Assembly: GCA_963847615.1 (NCBI GenBank)
Contig: CAWKAN010000013.1
Coordinates: 6,264 to 70,263, forward strand
Length of the DNA: 64,000 bases
From: an uncultured Alphaproteobacteria bacterium
GTDB taxonomy: Bacteria > Pseudomonadota > Alphaproteobacteria > Acetobacterales > Acetobacteraceae
Direction of reading: 5' to 3'
The translations under genes were made by a program, and so were the position numbers. Positions 36,510-47,893 of this stretch are shown here, one piece after another. The notes beneath the pieces were generated by a model, which saw nothing but the letters and a program-made list of their open reading frames with translations, searched no databases and had not been told where the DNA came from. Positions within the stretch are counted from its first letter, which is position 1, and every line of letters begins with the position of its first letter.

Positions 36510-38090
36510 CTAGACTGGCAACAGCCGCGGCCGGTGCGCCGCATACCACCGGGACACCAGCAGCCGGGTCAACATCCACGCGGTGAACAGGCTGGTCGCG
36601 ATACCCACCGTGATCGTCACCGCGAAGCCGCGCACCGGACCGCTGCCGAACACGAACAGCATCACGTGCGCCAGGAACGCCGTGGCGTTGGAATCGAAGA
36701 TCGTGCTGTAGGCGCGGGTGAACCCGGCCTCCAGCGCCGCCAAAGGCGGCCGCCCGTTGTGCGATTCCTCGCGGATCCGCTCGTTGATCAGGATGTTGGC
36801 GTCCACCGCCATGCCCAGCGTCAGCAGGATCCCCGCCATGCCGGGCAGCGTCAGCGTCGCCTGCAGCAGCGACATGATCGCCAGCATCAGCACCAGGTTC
36901 ACCACCAGCGCGAGGTTCGCGAACCAGCCGAACAGCCCGTAGAAAACCCCCATGAAGCCGATCACCAGCACGAAGCCGACGCCCAGCGACATCGCCCCGG
37001 CGCGGATGCTGTCCGCCCCCAGCTCCGGCCCGACGCTGCGCTGCTCCACCACCGTCAGCGGCGCCGGCAGCGCGCCGGCCCGCAGCAGCACGGCCAGGTC
37101 GTTCGCCGAGGTCGCGGTGAAGTTGCCGCTGATCTGCCCCCGCCCGCCGGTGATCGGCTCGCGGATCACCGGGGCACTGATCACCTTGTTGTCCAGCACG
37201 ATGGCGAAGCGGCGGTTGACGTTGGCCCGCGTGATGTCGGCGAACCGCCGCGCGCCGATCGAGTTGAAGGTGAAGTTCACCACCCACTGCCCGGTTTCCG
37301 GACTGGTCCCGGCGCGGGCGTCGGTCAGGTCGCCGCCATCGACGTCCACCCGCTTGCGCACGGCGATCTTCTGCTTCGGGTCCTCCTGCATCGGCAGGAA
37401 CTCGTCGCCCGGCGGCGGCACCGCCCCCGGCGCGTTGGCGTTCGCCGCCTCGTCGACCAGGCGGAACGTCATGTGCGCCGTCTGGCCGAGCAGCGTCTTG
37501 ATCCGCTCCGGATCGCCGATCCCGGGCAACTGCACCACGATCCGGTCGCTGCCCTGCTGGGTGATCTGCGGATCGACCACCCCGGTCTCGTCGATCCGCC
37601 GGCGCACGATCTCGATCGACTGCTGCACCGCGCCCTGCGCCCGCGCCTTCAACGCCACCGGCGACAGGGTCAGCAGGATCTGCCCGTCCGGCGTGGAGTT
37701 GATCGTCAGGTCCGGCACGCCGGTCGGCCCCTCGGCGCTGATCAGCGGCTTCAGCGCCGCCACCGCCGCCTCGATCTTGCCCGGATCGCGCAGCTTCAGC
37801 AGCACGCGATTCTGGTCGGGCTCCGCCTGCAGCGTCTGGTAGAAGATCGCGCCCGGGCGCAGCGCCTGGCGCACGCCATCCACCAGCCCGTCCAGCCGCT
37901 CCTTGATCACCGCCTTCATGTCGACCTCGAGCAGCAGGTAGCTGCCGCCGCGCAGGTCGAGGCCGAGATGCACCGTCCGCCACGGCAGCCACGCCGCCGG
38001 GGCCGCGAACAGGTTGGGCAGGCACAGGACCGCGCCGAGCAGGCAGGCCCCGAGAATGAGCCAAGTCTTCAGGCGGCTGAAATACATCAT
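36510..38090 (-). CDS. secD: protein translocase subunit SecD
   Basis: 526 aa from ATG 38090 within track ORF 36510-39056. LGLDLRGGSYLLLEVD, VVQLPG, TLTLPGMAGILLTLGMAVDANILINERIREE. Confidence 0.92.
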   Translation of the reverse strand: MMYFSRLKTWLILGACLLGAVLCLPNLFAAPAAWLPWRTVHLGLDLRGGSYLLLEVDMKAVIKERLDGLVDGVRQALRPGAIFYQTLQAEPDQNRVLLKLRDPGKIEAAVAALKPLISAEGPTGVPDLTINSTPDGQILLTLSPVALKARAQGAVQQSIEIVRRRIDETGVVDPQITQQGSDRIVVQLPGIGDPERIKTLLGQTAHMTFRLVDEAANANAPGAVPPPGDEFLPMQEDPKQKIAVRKRVDVDGGDLTDARAGTSPETGQWVVNFTFNSIGARRFADITRANVNRRFAIVLDNKVISAPVIREPITGGRGQISGNFTATSANDLAVLLRAGALPAPLTVVEQRSVGPELGADSIRAGAMSLGVGFVLVIGFMGVFYGLFGWFANLALVVNLVLMLAIMSLLQATLTLPGMAGILLTLGMAVDANILINERIREESHNGRPPLAALEAGFTRAYSTIFDSNATAFLAHVMLFVFGSGPVRGFAVTITVGIATSLFTAWMLTRLLVSRWYAAHRPRLLPV

Positions 38091-38414
38091 GGTTGGGCGG
38101 GCAATAGCGACGCCCCCGCCGCCACGCAACCCCGCAAGCCGAGGCGGGCTGTCGCCGATCCCCCGTGCCGGGCGCCTCCCGGCGATCCGCCCGCCCCGAC
38201 CGAGCCGCCACGCAGCGCCGGCGGCACCATCCCACGACGGACGATCTCTTTGCGCCACGGCGGCGCGCGTCGTCCCCCGCCCCATCGCCCCCCCGCCCCG
38301 TCGCGGCCCGGCCGCGGGCTGCGTTGCGCGGCCCCAGCCCGCCAGCGCGGCAGAGGTGACGCGGGGGGCGGCGCATAAACCATTTTCTAGGGGTTGCCGC
38401 CGCAGACTGCCGGC

Positions 38415-41068
38415 ATGCGGAAAAACGCCGACACGCGCTGGCCGCCCCGGTGGCGGGTCCCGCCGGGCCCCGCCGCGCTTGCCATGCGGGTGTTGCCGGC
38501 GGGCAGCGTGGTGGTCAGCCTGTGCCTGGTGCTGGTCTGCGCCCTGGTGCTGTGGCAGGGGCGGCGCGACACCGCGCGCGACGCCGGGCAGGCGGCGTGG
38601 AACATCGCCTCGGCGGTGGAACAGGACATCGCGCGCAACGTCGAGGTCTACGACCTGTCGCTGCAAGGGGCGATCCAGGCGCTGCAACTGCCGGGGCTCG
38701 ACCAGCTCAGCCCGGCGTTGCGCCAGCGCGTGCTGTTCGACCGCTCGGCCAGCGCGCGCTACCTCGGCTTCGTCAATGTGCTGGACGCCACCGGCACGGT
38801 GATCGCGAATTCCCGCTTCGCCCGGCCGCGGCCCGACAGCTACGCCGGGCGGCCGTATTTCCAGGCACAGCGGGCCGACCCGCGCAACGTCATCCTGGTC
38901 AGCCGGCCGTTCCTGACCGCGCCGGGACAGCAGGCCAGCATCGCCTTCACCCGGCGCATGACGCACCCCGACGGCAGCTTCGCCGGGGTCGTCGTCGGCA
39001 GCATGCGCCTGGCGTATTTCCGTGCCCTGTTCGCGCACCTGGCGCTCGGGCCGCACGGCAGCATCGCGCTGTTGCGCAGCGACGGCGTGGTGCTGATGCG
39101 CCTGCCGTTCGACGCCAACGACATCGGCCGGGGGCTGGCCGCCAATCGCCGCTGGCCGGCTTCCTGCGCAGCGGCGAGCCGCGGGTCGAGGCGACCGATC
39201 CGATCGACCAGGTGCGCCGGGCCTTCACCTTCCGTCGCGTCGGCGACCTGCCGCTGGTGATCGGCGTCGGCCTGGCCGCCGAGGACATCTACGCCGCCTG
39301 GTGGCGCAAGGCGGGGTTCATCCTGAGCTTCGTGACGGTGCTCGGGCTGCTCAATCTGGCGCTGGTGCTGTGGTTGCGCCAGGCGTTGCGCCGGCGCGGC
39401 GCCAGCGAGGCCGCGACGTCGCACTTCCTGGCGACGATGAGCCACGAGCTGCGCACGCCGCTGAACGGCATCATCGGCGCGGCGGAGCTGCTGCGCGACG
39501 AGGCGCCGATGGATCCCCGCCAGGCGCGGCGGCTGCGCACGATCCTGGCGGCGGGCGAGCATCTGCGCGCGGTGGTCAACCGGGTGCTCGACTATGGCTC
39601 GATCGAGGCGCAGGGCACGCTGCCGGTGGTGCGGCGCGTGACGCTGGGCCGCGTGATCGACGAATGCCGCGCGATGATCGAGCCGGCGGCGGGCCGCAAG
39701 GGCCTGACGCTGACCTGCCAGGTGGCGCCGTCGGTGCCTGCCGAGATTGCCAGCGATCCCGGGCAGCTTCGCCAGGTGTTGCTCAACCTGCTGGGCAATG
39801 CGGTGAAGTTCACCGATCGAGGCTGCGTCGCGCTGCTTGTGTTGGCGACATCGGAGCGGTTGCGGATCGAGGTCGCCGATACCGGGCGCGGCGTGCCGGC
39901 CGATCGGCGGGCCCGGCTGTTCGCGCCGTACCAGCGGCTTGAGGAGGATCGGACGGCGGTCGAAGGCACCGGGCTCGGGCTGGCGATCGCGGCCCGGCTG
40001 GTCCACGGGCTTGGTGGAACCATCGGGCATCGCGACAATGCCGGTGGCGGCAGCGTGTTCTGGGTCGAGTTGCCGATAGGGACGGCGGCGACGGCGACCT
40101 CGGCGATCGGCCGGCCGGCGGTCGAGCGGCCCGGGACAGCGACGTGCGAGACGGCAGCATCGGCAACGGAGACGCCGCGGACGGAGATGCCAGCGACGAC
40201 GGCAACGTCGGCGACTTGGATGGCGGCGATGGGCGACGCGGCGCCGCATGGCGGTGGCGCCGCCGCCCGGGCACACCGGCTGCGCCTACTGGTCGTCGAC
40301 GACCTGGCCATGAACCGCGAAATCCTCGGCGATCTGCTGCGCGCCGACGGGCACCTGGTGGACGAGGCCGGCGACGGCGCGGCGGCGGTGGACGCCATCG
40401 CGGCGAATGATTTCGATATCGTCCTGATGGACCTGTGCATGCCCGGACTGGATGGGCTGGAGGCGACGCGGCGGGTGCGCGGGTTGCCGGGCCGGCGGGC
40501 GCAGGTGACGATCCTCGGGCTTTCGGCCAACGCCGCCGCGGAGCACCTGCGCGCCTGTCGCCAGGCGGGCATGAACGGGCACATCGCCAAGCCGGTCAGC
40601 CGCGCCGCGCTGCGCGCCACGCTGGCCCAGGCGGCGGCCCAGGCGGCCGGTCCGGCGCAACGCGCGTGGCTGGCCGCAGCCGCCGCGGCGCCTTGCCCCG
40701 GCGGGCGCGCGGCGATCCTGAACGCCGACACCCTGGCCGAGGCGCGGAGCTGCATGGGTGGCGCCGATGTCGATCGCCATCTGCGGCAATTGGCCCAGCG
40801 ACTGGTCGCGCTGGGAACCGTGCTGGCGCAGCCAAATGCCGACTGGTCGCTGGATGCGCTGCGCGATCTGACGCATGACCTCGCAAGCGTCGGGATGCTG
40901 GGATTCGACGCGCTGGCGGTGGCCGCCGCGCGGCTCGCACCGATCCTGCTGGAGGCGCGGCAGAGTGCCGAGCCGGTGATCGCCGAGCTGGCCCGTGTGG
41001 CGCGTGCCTCGTTGGAAACGCTGCGGCCGCACCTGACGCCAGCCCGCGAGACCGCAGGCCGGGAATGA
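38415..41068 (+). CDS. hybrid sensor histidine kinase / response regulator with HPt (apparent frameshift near 39125-39150)
   Basis: Cache-like periplasmic part in track ORF 38394-39260. The rest is in ORF 38450-41068: HisKA SHFLATMSHELRTPLNG, HATPase GNAVKFT..DTGRGV..GTGLGLAI, REC LLVVDD..DIVLMDLCMPGLDG..KP, and a C-terminal HPt-like helix bundle. Confidence 0.85.
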
Positions 41069-41220
41069 CGACGCTTCCGGCAGTTCGCCCCAGCGGTGTC
41101 GCGCGCGGTTGCCCAGGCGGGGTGGGCGGCCGGGGTGGGCGGCCGGGGTGGGCGGCCAAGGCGGGCGGCGGCGGCGCGCCAGGCCGGGACGGATGCCGCC
41201 GGGGATCCCGGCGCCGGGCG

Positions 41221-41769
41221 CTACCGGCGGTAGATTTCCAGCATCTTGCGCCCGCGCGACAGTTCTTCCGGCTCGTCGAAGGTGGGGGGCGGCTCCTGCA
41301 CGCGGTGCCAGACCTGGCCGACCGGGAGATCGAAATCCGCCGACGCCCCGCCATTAGTTGCATAATCGGATGGTTCCGGGCCGGCAGTGGACCGGCCGCC
41401 CAGGAACGGCGCCAACCCGCGCAGCAGCGTCATCGGCTTGATCGGCTTGTGGAACACCACGGTGGCGCCGACGCGATGCGCGGCCTGCGTCGCATCGCGC
41501 GACAACAGCGAGGTCAGAACGGCGATCGGCACCCTCGCGTAGTTCGGCAGGCGGTGGATCTCCTCGCACGCGCGCAGCCCGTTCATGCGCGGCATGCGCA
41601 GGTCGAGGATGACCAATCGGGCGACGACGCGCCGGGCGAGCGCCACCGCCTCCTCGCCGTCGCCGGCCAGGAAGATGCTGCGCCCGGAATGGATCAGCAG
41701 CGAGCGCAGGATGCCGCGCATCAGCCCGTCATCCTCGGCGATGATGATGCTGTCGGTGAGTTCTTCCAC
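41221..41769 (-). CDS. response regulator (REC domain plus roughly 60-aa C-terminal extension)
   Basis: GTG 41769. IIIAEDDGLMR...LVILDLRMPRMNGL...VVFHKP receiver motifs. Confidence 0.8.
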   Translation of the reverse strand: MEELTDSIIIAEDDGLMRGILRSLLIHSGRSIFLAGDGEEAVALARRVVARLVILDLRMPRMNGLRACEEIHRLPNYARVPIAVLTSLLSRDATQAAHRVGATVVFHKPIKPMTLLRGLAPFLGGRSTAGPEPSDYATNGGASADFDLPVGQVWHRVQEPPPTFDEPEELSRGRKMLEIYRR

Positions 41770-41881
41770 GTGAGCGTGCCTCGGTTTTTGGCCGCGCTTG
41801 TTGGCGGATGGAAGGACGATACGCCCGGCTCGTTGCGGTCCGGTTAACGCGGTGGCCGCAATGGCGCTGGCAGGCAACGGG

Positions 41882-42892
41882 TCAGGCGATGCCCCAGAAG
41901 CGGGCGATGGCGTCGGTGGCGGACACGCCGATCGGCAGCACGGCGGAGGCGACGCTGCCCCCCGCGGCGACCGGATAGCCGTGCCCCAGCGCGGCGATCG
42001 TCCAGCGCTCCACGCGCGGCCGTCCGGCCTCGCCCCAGCTGTCATGGCGCGCCAGCAGGCTCGTCGCCGAGGTCGTCGGCGCCTCGCCCAGGCCATGCAC
42101 CGCGCGCCATTGCCGCGCCAGCAACGCGGCATTGGCCGGGTCCACCACGGTGTCCGCCCCGCCGTGCCAGATCGACAGGCGCGGCCAGGGCCCGCGGTAA
42201 CCGGCGGGGCCGGCGCGGCGCACCTGCTCGGCCCAGGCCTCGGGCGAGCGGCCGTCCGGCCCGGCCTGGGCCATGCGGGCCAGCGCGGCGGCGGCACCAC
42301 CGGCGGAACCCACCGGCAGGCCGGCGATCGAGGCGCCGGCGGCGAACACGTCGGGGTAGGCGGCGAGCAGGGCCACGGCCATCGCCCCGCCGGCGGACAG
42401 GCCGGCGACATGCACCGCGGTCGGGTCGCTGCCGAGGCGACGCTCGGCCTCGGCGACCATGGCGCGGATCGACTGCGCCTCGCCAAGGCCGCGGGTGACG
42501 TGGGCCGGGCGGAACCAGTTGAAGCAGCGCTGGCGGTTGTTGTCCGCCGACTGGGTCGGCAGCACCAGGGCGACGCCGGCGCGGTCGGCCAGCGCCATCC
42601 AGCCCGAGTCCGCGGCGAAGCCGGCGGCATCCTGGCCGCAGCCATGCAGCAGCACCACCAGCGGCGCGCCGGTCACGAGGCCGGGCGGCCGATAGGCGCG
42701 CATCGTCAGGCCGCCCGGATTGGCGCCGAAATCCGCGACCGTGATCAACTCGCCGGTGCCGGGCCTGGTGATACCCGTCGTCCCGGGAGCGCCGACCGCC
42801 CGCGCGATAGGCGGCGCCAACATCGCGGCGGCCGCCCGCAGCGCGGTGCGCAACCCGCGTCCCGCGATCAACGCCTCACGTGGCCACTGCAT
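41882..42892 (-). CDS. PHB depolymerase family esterase
   Basis: ATG 42892 within track ORF 41882-43015. VVLLHGCGQDAAGFA, NWF, nucleophile elbow GLSAGGAMA. Confidence 0.8.
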   Translation of the reverse strand: MQWPREALIAGRGLRTALRAAAAMLAPPIARAVGAPGTTGITRPGTGELITVADFGANPGGLTMRAYRPPGLVTGAPLVVLLHGCGQDAAGFAADSGWMALADRAGVALVLPTQSADNNRQRCFNWFRPAHVTRGLGEAQSIRAMVAEAERRLGSDPTAVHVAGLSAGGAMAVALLAAYPDVFAAGASIAGLPVGSAGGAAAALARMAQAGPDGRSPEAWAEQVRRAGPAGYRGPWPRLSIWHGGADTVVDPANAALLARQWRAVHGLGEAPTTSATSLLARHDSWGEAGRPRVERWTIAALGHGYPVAAGGSVASAVLPIGVSATDAIARFWGIA

Positions 42893-43288
42893 GCTCGGTC
42901 CGCGTCCTTCTGCCTGGCCCCGACGATATATGGGCTTTGCTGCGCTGCAACATAAGTGGCGGAGCGTGCGATGGCTGCATGTGTAGTGGCGCGGCCGACG
43001 CCCCTGGGGGGACAATCGTTCACGGCGCCGGTCACCGGGCCAATCCTACCCGATCATCAGCGAATGGCTGCCACGCCGGGTCCGCTCCCGGCGATCAAGC
43101 TGGGGGACATCGGAGGACCGAAGGATGCGGTTTCGCATTCGATGGCAAATCCGGTGGGGGAGGTGGCGGGTGCGACTACTAATCGCACGCCGCCGTTAGC
43201 CTACCCAAACCGGAGGGTGGGGTCGCGCAAGCGATCCCACTCCTCGGTTACCATAAATCCGTTCGGCTATGCCAGCGCTATCGCAAGC

Positions 43289-43361
43289 CAGGGCAATCGG
43301 GTGAAGCGAAGGCAGGTCGGGGCTCCGCTCCGACCTGCCTTCGCTTCGCCCGATTGCCCTG
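43289..43361. mobile_element. 73-bp hairpin MITE of the CAGGGCAATCGGGTGAA family
   Basis: 32-bp arms (43289-43320 and 43330-43361, 1 mismatch). Flanked by the identical 10-bp direct repeat TATCGCAAGC (43279-43288 and 43362-43371). Confidence 0.7.
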
Positions 43362-43391
43362 TATCGCAAGCGCCGCGCATCCAGGCGCCTT

Positions 43392-44300
43392 CTATCGTGC
43401 CGCGCCGAGCGCCCAGGCGAGCACGCCCTTCTGCGCGTGCAAGCGGTTTTCCGCCTCGTCGAACACCACCGACTGCGGGCCGTCGATCACCTCCTCGGTG
43501 ACCTCCTCGCCGCGATGCGCCGGCAGGCAGTGCATGAAGATCGCATCCACCGCCGCGCGGGCCATCAGCGCGGCGGTGACGCGATACGGCGCCAGCAGGT
43601 TGTGGCGCGTGGTGTTCGGATCGTCCGACATGCTGACCCAGGTGTCGGTGACCACGCAGCGCGCGCCGGCCACCGCGGTTTGCGGATCGTCGGTCAGCTC
43701 GATCCTGCCGCCCTGCGCGCGCGCCCAGTCGAGCAGCGCCTGCGGCGGGCGCAGCGCGTCCGGCGTGGCCAGGCGCAGCGTGAAGCCGAAACGCACCGCC
43801 GCCTCGATCCAGCTGCGCGCGACGTTGTTGCCGTCGCCGCACCAGGCGACCACCTGGCCGGCGATCGGGCCGCGATGCTCCTCGAACGTCAGCACGTCGG
43901 CCATAAGCTGGCAGGGATGCGAGGTGTCGGTCAGGCCGTTGATCACCGGCACCGTCGCGTACTGCGCCATCTCGTGCATCTTGGCGACGCGGTCGGTGCG
44001 CATCACGATCGCATCGACATAGCGCGACAGCACGCGCGCGGTGTCGGCCGGGCTTTCGCCGCGGCCGGACTGCATGTCGCGCGCGTTCAGCACGACCACG
44101 TCGCCGCCGAGCTGGCGCATGCCGACCTCGAACGACACGCGGGTGCGCGTGCTGGGCTTCTCGAAGATCAGCGCCAGGGTTTTGCCGGCGAGCGGGCGCG
44201 AGGACACGCCGTGCTTGTAGTTCGCCGCCACCTCGAGCATCCGGCGCAGCGTCGCCGTATCGAAGTCCTTCAGGTCGAGAAAGTGCCGAGGGCCGGCCAC
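43392..44300 (-). CDS. argF: ornithine carbamoyltransferase
   Basis: GTG 44300. [32 protein letters not shown]. Confidence 0.92.
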   Translation of the reverse strand: MAGPRHFLDLKDFDTATLRRMLEVAANYKHGVSSRPLAGKTLALIFEKPSTRTRVSFEVGMRQLGGDVVVLNARDMQSGRGESPADTARVLSRYVDAIVMRTDRVAKMHEMAQYATVPVINGLTDTSHPCQLMADVLTFEEHRGPIAGQVVAWCGDGNNVARSWIEAAVRFGFTLRLATPDALRPPQALLDWARAQGGRIELTDDPQTAVAGARCVVTDTWVSMSDDPNTTRHNLLAPYRVTAALMARAAVDAIFMHCLPAHRGEEVTEEVIDGPQSVVFDEAENRLHAQKGVLAWALGAAR

Positions 44301-44350
44301 CGTTTCGGTGGACCGGCCCTCCCGCGCGCTTTTTCGCCGCAGCGCAGCGG

Positions 44351-45547
44351 TCACTGCGCCGCTGCCTTCGCCGCCGCCGCCGCCACAGTGCGCGTGGCCC
44401 GGCGCAGCATCTCCACCGCGGCGTCGATATCGGCGTCGGTGACCACCAGCGGCGGTGCCAGGCGCAGCACGTTGTCGCCGGCGGTGATCGCCATCAGCCC
44501 CTCGGCGACGCAGGCGGCCTGCACGTCGTTCTGCGGCAGCACGCATTTCAGCCCGAGCAGCAGGCCCATGCCGCGCGCCTCCGCGTAGACCTGCGGATAT
44601 TCGCGCGCCAGCGCGTCGAGTTCCGCGCGCAGCTTGCGGCCCTTGCGCTGAACCTCCTCCAGGAAGCCCGGAGCGAGCATGACGTCGAGCACCGCGTTGC
44701 CGGCGGCACACGCCAGCGGGTTGCCGCCGAACGTCGTGCCGTGCGTGCCGGGAACCAGATATTTCGCCACCGATTCCTTGGCCAGCACCGCACCGAGCGG
44801 GAAGCCGCCGCCGATGCCCTTCGCCGCGGCAATGACATCCGGCTCGATCCCGGACCATTCATAGGCGAACAGCTTGCCGGTGCGGCCCATGCCCGACTGC
44901 ACCTCGTCCATCCCGAGCACCAGCCCGTACTCGTCGCACACCGCGCGCAGGTCGCGCAGGAACTGCGGGTCGGCCGGTCGCACGCCACCCTCGCCCTGGA
45001 TCGGTTCGACAATGATGCCGGCGGTGCCCGGGCCGATCGCGTTGCGCACCGCGTTCATGTTGTTGAACGGCACCTGGTCGAAGCCTTCCAGCGGCGGGCC
45101 GAAGCCCTTGAGGTATTTCTCGTTGCCGGTGGCCGCCAGCGCGCCGAGCGTGCGGCCGTGGAAGGCGCCCTCGAAGGTGATGATGCGGTAGCTGTCGTGC
45201 CGGCCGCCCTCGTAGACGGCCTTGCGGATCATCTTGATCATGCCCTCGTTGGCTTCGGTGCCCGAGTTGCAGAAGAAGACGCTGTCGGCAAACGTGTGCT
45301 CGACCAGCCGCGCGGCCAGACGTTCCGCCTGCGGGATGCGATACAGGTTGGAGACGTGCATCACCTTGGCCGCCTGCTCGGCGATCGCCTTGGCCAGATG
45401 CGGATGGCCGTGGCCCAACGAGGTGGTGGCGATGCCGGAGCCGAAATCGAGGAATCGTCGCCCGTCCACCGTCCACAGCCAGGCGCCCTCGCCCCGCTCA
45501 AAAGCGAGGTCGGCACGTGCGTAGTTCGGCATCAAGGCGGAGATCAT
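44351..45547 (-). CDS. argD: acetylornithine (succinylornithine) aminotransferase
   Basis: ATG 45547. [41 protein letters not shown]. Confidence 0.92.
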   Translation of the reverse strand: MISALMPNYARADLAFERGEGAWLWTVDGRRFLDFGSGIATTSLGHGHPHLAKAIAEQAAKVMHVSNLYRIPQAERLAARLVEHTFADSVFFCNSGTEANEGMIKMIRKAVYEGGRHDSYRIITFEGAFHGRTLGALAATGNEKYLKGFGPPLEGFDQVPFNNMNAVRNAIGPGTAGIIVEPIQGEGGVRPADPQFLRDLRAVCDEYGLVLGMDEVQSGMGRTGKLFAYEWSGIEPDVIAAAKGIGGGFPLGAVLAKESVAKYLVPGTHGTTFGGNPLACAAGNAVLDVMLAPGFLEEVQRKGRKLRAELDALAREYPQVYAEARGMGLLLGLKCVLPQNDVQAACVAEGLMAITAGDNVLRLAPPLVVTDADIDAAVEMLRRATRTVAAAAAKAAAQ

Positions 45548-45669
45548 GGGGTCATAACCCTCGGTCGTTGCATCCCAAAACGGATCTCCCGTCCGCGACC
45601 ATTCACGGGCGGGTCCAGGGAAGCCGGGGAGATTGGCGACGGTCCCGGGCCGTGTCAAACGCCGTGCGC

Positions 45670-45821
45670 GGCGAAGCAAGGCTGGGGCTTCGCCCCAGAC
45701 CCCACCAAGGGGCGCTGCCCCTTGGAACCCCGCCAAGGGCGGAGCCCTTGGAACCCCGGACCGGGAGCGGATGAGGGGGAGGGGGCGGATGGGCAGGGCG
45801 TCGGTGCCGCCCCTCGCGAGG
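45670..45821. repeat. REP family A element, left half (split by transposon)
   Basis: The left-arm sequence matches the other family A copies. It ends in CCTCGCGAGG (45812-45821). Confidence 0.8.
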
Positions 45822-45896
45822 GCGATTATGCGGGACTTGACGAACCGGCGCATGAAGGGCATGGTTTTCTCCTATCAACAGTAGGAGCGTTTTGTG

Positions 45897-46214
45897 ATGA
45901 CCCGACCGCCCGCCGAGAAGAAAGCCCCGGAAAACGATCCGAGCAATTCCTGGCTTCAGGTGCCGGCGGTCTACTGCGACACCTTCTCGACGGGCCTTAT
46001 CCCCGGAAATCGCATGATCCGAATCGTGTTTGGCGACTACATCAGTCGGCAAGATTACCCCTTCTATCGGTCGGCCGTCGTGATGCCGATCGACGACATC
46101 GAGGTATTGATCAAACACCTCACAAGGCGAGTGGCCGAATTAAAGAAAATCGAAGCCGAGGCCGAGGGGGCTCCGGAAGCCGAGGCGGCAGACGACGAGT
46201 TGCCGGAGGAATAG
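45897..46214 (+). CDS. passenger ORF 1, hypothetical (105 aa, acidic C-terminal tail)
   Basis: AGGAG RBS at 45884-45888. No family recognised; only a loose resemblance to the DUF3467-type layout. Confidence 0.5.
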   Translation: MTRPPAEKKAPENDPSNSWLQVPAVYCDTFSTGLIPGNRMIRIVFGDYISRQDYPFYRSAVVMPIDDIEVLIKHLTRRVAELKKIEAEAEGAPEAEAADDELPEE

Positions 46215-46224
46215 GAGCGCGCCA

Positions 46225-46821
46225 ATGTCCGATGGCGACGATCCACAAGGCCAGACGCCGACCCAACCCACCGGCCGGGCGGTCGATAAGGCATTCCTCT
46301 CAGAGAGAGGGACCACGGTCACTACGACAATTCCAGAGCCGTTTGCGGCTTCCCCCTCGACAAACCTCGCCAAGGTGGAAGTCACTAGCGAGCCTGCGCC
46401 GCCAAATAAACCAAAACGAGCCCTTGCGGAGCATCGACAGCGCCCTACTCGCATTGATCACCGCATGCCGCCGAATGTGATCATGCACCATGTTCTTGAT
46501 GAGCGGTTGGAAAAGCTGGCGTTCGCGCCGCGGTCGCGCTCGCGTTTTGAGGGTTTAACGTCCGCCTGGATTGCGGGAGCGGTCGGGTTGTTGGGTGGCG
46601 CCGTACAGTCTGGATGGAGCATTTTTATAAGCCCGCCTACGAGCGGGCTTACGACCGGCCTGATCGCCGGAGCTTTTGTCAATCTAGCAATCCTGCTGGT
46701 GTTCATTGGATTAGCCACCGGCTCAATGTTCAAGTCCCCCCAGGAAAAAGGACCGCTTTCTGCCGACCTGTTGCAAGAGATACGTTCGCAAAGCGACAAA
46801 GCTCGTGCCGGCGATCAGTAA
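46225..46821 (+). CDS. passenger ORF 2, hypothetical membrane protein (198 aa, two predicted C-terminal TM helices)
   Basis: RBS-like GGAGGAATAGGAG upstream. Hydrophobic stretches GLTSAWIAGAVGLLGGAVQSGWSIFI and GLIAGAFVNLAILLVFIGLATGSMF. Confidence 0.5.
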   Translation: MSDGDDPQGQTPTQPTGRAVDKAFLSERGTTVTTTIPEPFAASPSTNLAKVEVTSEPAPPNKPKRALAEHRQRPTRIDHRMPPNVIMHHVLDERLEKLAFAPRSRSRFEGLTSAWIAGAVGLLGGAVQSGWSIFISPPTSGLTTGLIAGAFVNLAILLVFIGLATGSMFKSPQEKGPLSADLLQEIRSQSDKARAGDQ

Positions 46822-46948
46822 GCGCGCCAACGCAGCGCAAGAGCGGGCGACCCTTCATCGCCCCACAGCAGCAATTCCAGCTGTCTCAGGTCTTCGATCC
46901 GGCTGACACCTTCAAACTCGGTCTGAAGCGCCTGCCAGTCCTGACGCT

Positions 46949-47893
46949 TCAGCAAAGTGCTACAGCCGCACCAAAGATGTCTGGATTCTTCCGATTGTTG
47001 TAGCGCCACTCGAACTCGGCGACGTAGAGCGGCAGATATTTGGCGCTAACGTGGTGGAAGCTACCCATGATGCCGCGTTTCAACAGCGACCAGAAGCTGT
47101 CGATGGTTCCCGTGTGGATAACGCCACGCACATATTCACCTTTGGCGTGCTTGACGGACTCGTGGGGGAAATCGCGCGCCAAGTCGATATATCCACTGTG
47201 CTCATCGGTGGCGATCAAGCTGACCTTCTCGGACACTGCGGCGCGGACGAAATGGCCCATCGTGCGAAGGTTGGCCTCGCGAAGCACGCGGGCGACGACC
47301 GGCCCTTGCCGCTCAACAGCGCCGATGACGATCTCCTTGCCGACGCCGCCCGTGCCGGGTGTGCGCTTGTCCCAATGCCGGTTCTTGTTCTTGCCGCCGA
47401 TGTAGGTTTCATCGACCTCAACGATACCCATCAGCTTGCGGAACTCGGGATCGACCAGGGCGGCCCGGATACGGTGGCACATATAATGGGCGGTGGAGTA
47501 CACCCGAACCCCATCATCCGGTGGATTTGCAGCGCGGCGATGCCTTTCTTGCTGGTCAGCATGAGGTAGATGACCTTGAACCATGTTCGCAGCGCGACGT
47601 TAGTGTTCTGGAACACTGTTCCAGCGATCACCGAGAAGCGATAGGATGGTACTTTTGCCGCAATCCATACATTCCCATTTGAACGCCATCGTCCTCAATG
47701 CGAACACGTGGTTCGACGATCCGCACCGGGGGCACTTGACCACCCCATCCGGCCAGCGCCGCCGCATCAAGTAGACTTTGCACGCCTGTTCATCGGGAAA
47801 CAGCGCGTCAAACTCGGCGCTGGTCATTTGCTTCGTGAACTTGATCTGGCCCATCGGACGTGCCCTCATGTCTGACGGAGAGGAATATGGCAC
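46949..47893 (-). pseudogene. IS1595-family transposase with two frameshifts
   Basis: Three frames: N-terminal Zn-ribbon (RRRWPDGVVKCPRCGSS...WECMDCGK), IAGTVFQNTNVALRTWFKVIYLMLTSKKGIAALQIHR, and the DDE part (VEVDETYIGG...LIATDEHSGY...NTIDSFWSLLKRG...EFEWRYNNR). Confidence 0.75.

Noticed and set aside
38100-38400. A possible yajC or other small gene was considered upstream of secD.
   Set aside because: No ORF has a YajC-like hydrophobic N-terminus. The stretch is GC/Pro-codon-rich and non-coding-looking, with no RBS/start context.
42900-43290. A possible small RNA (tmRNA, SRP or RNase P-like) was considered in the 500-bp gap between the esterase gene and argF.
   Set aside because: There is no tRNA-like acceptor/T-arm, no plausible tag ORF ending in ..LAA-stop, and no SRP or RNase P core motif. 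The only clear structure is the MITE hairpin.
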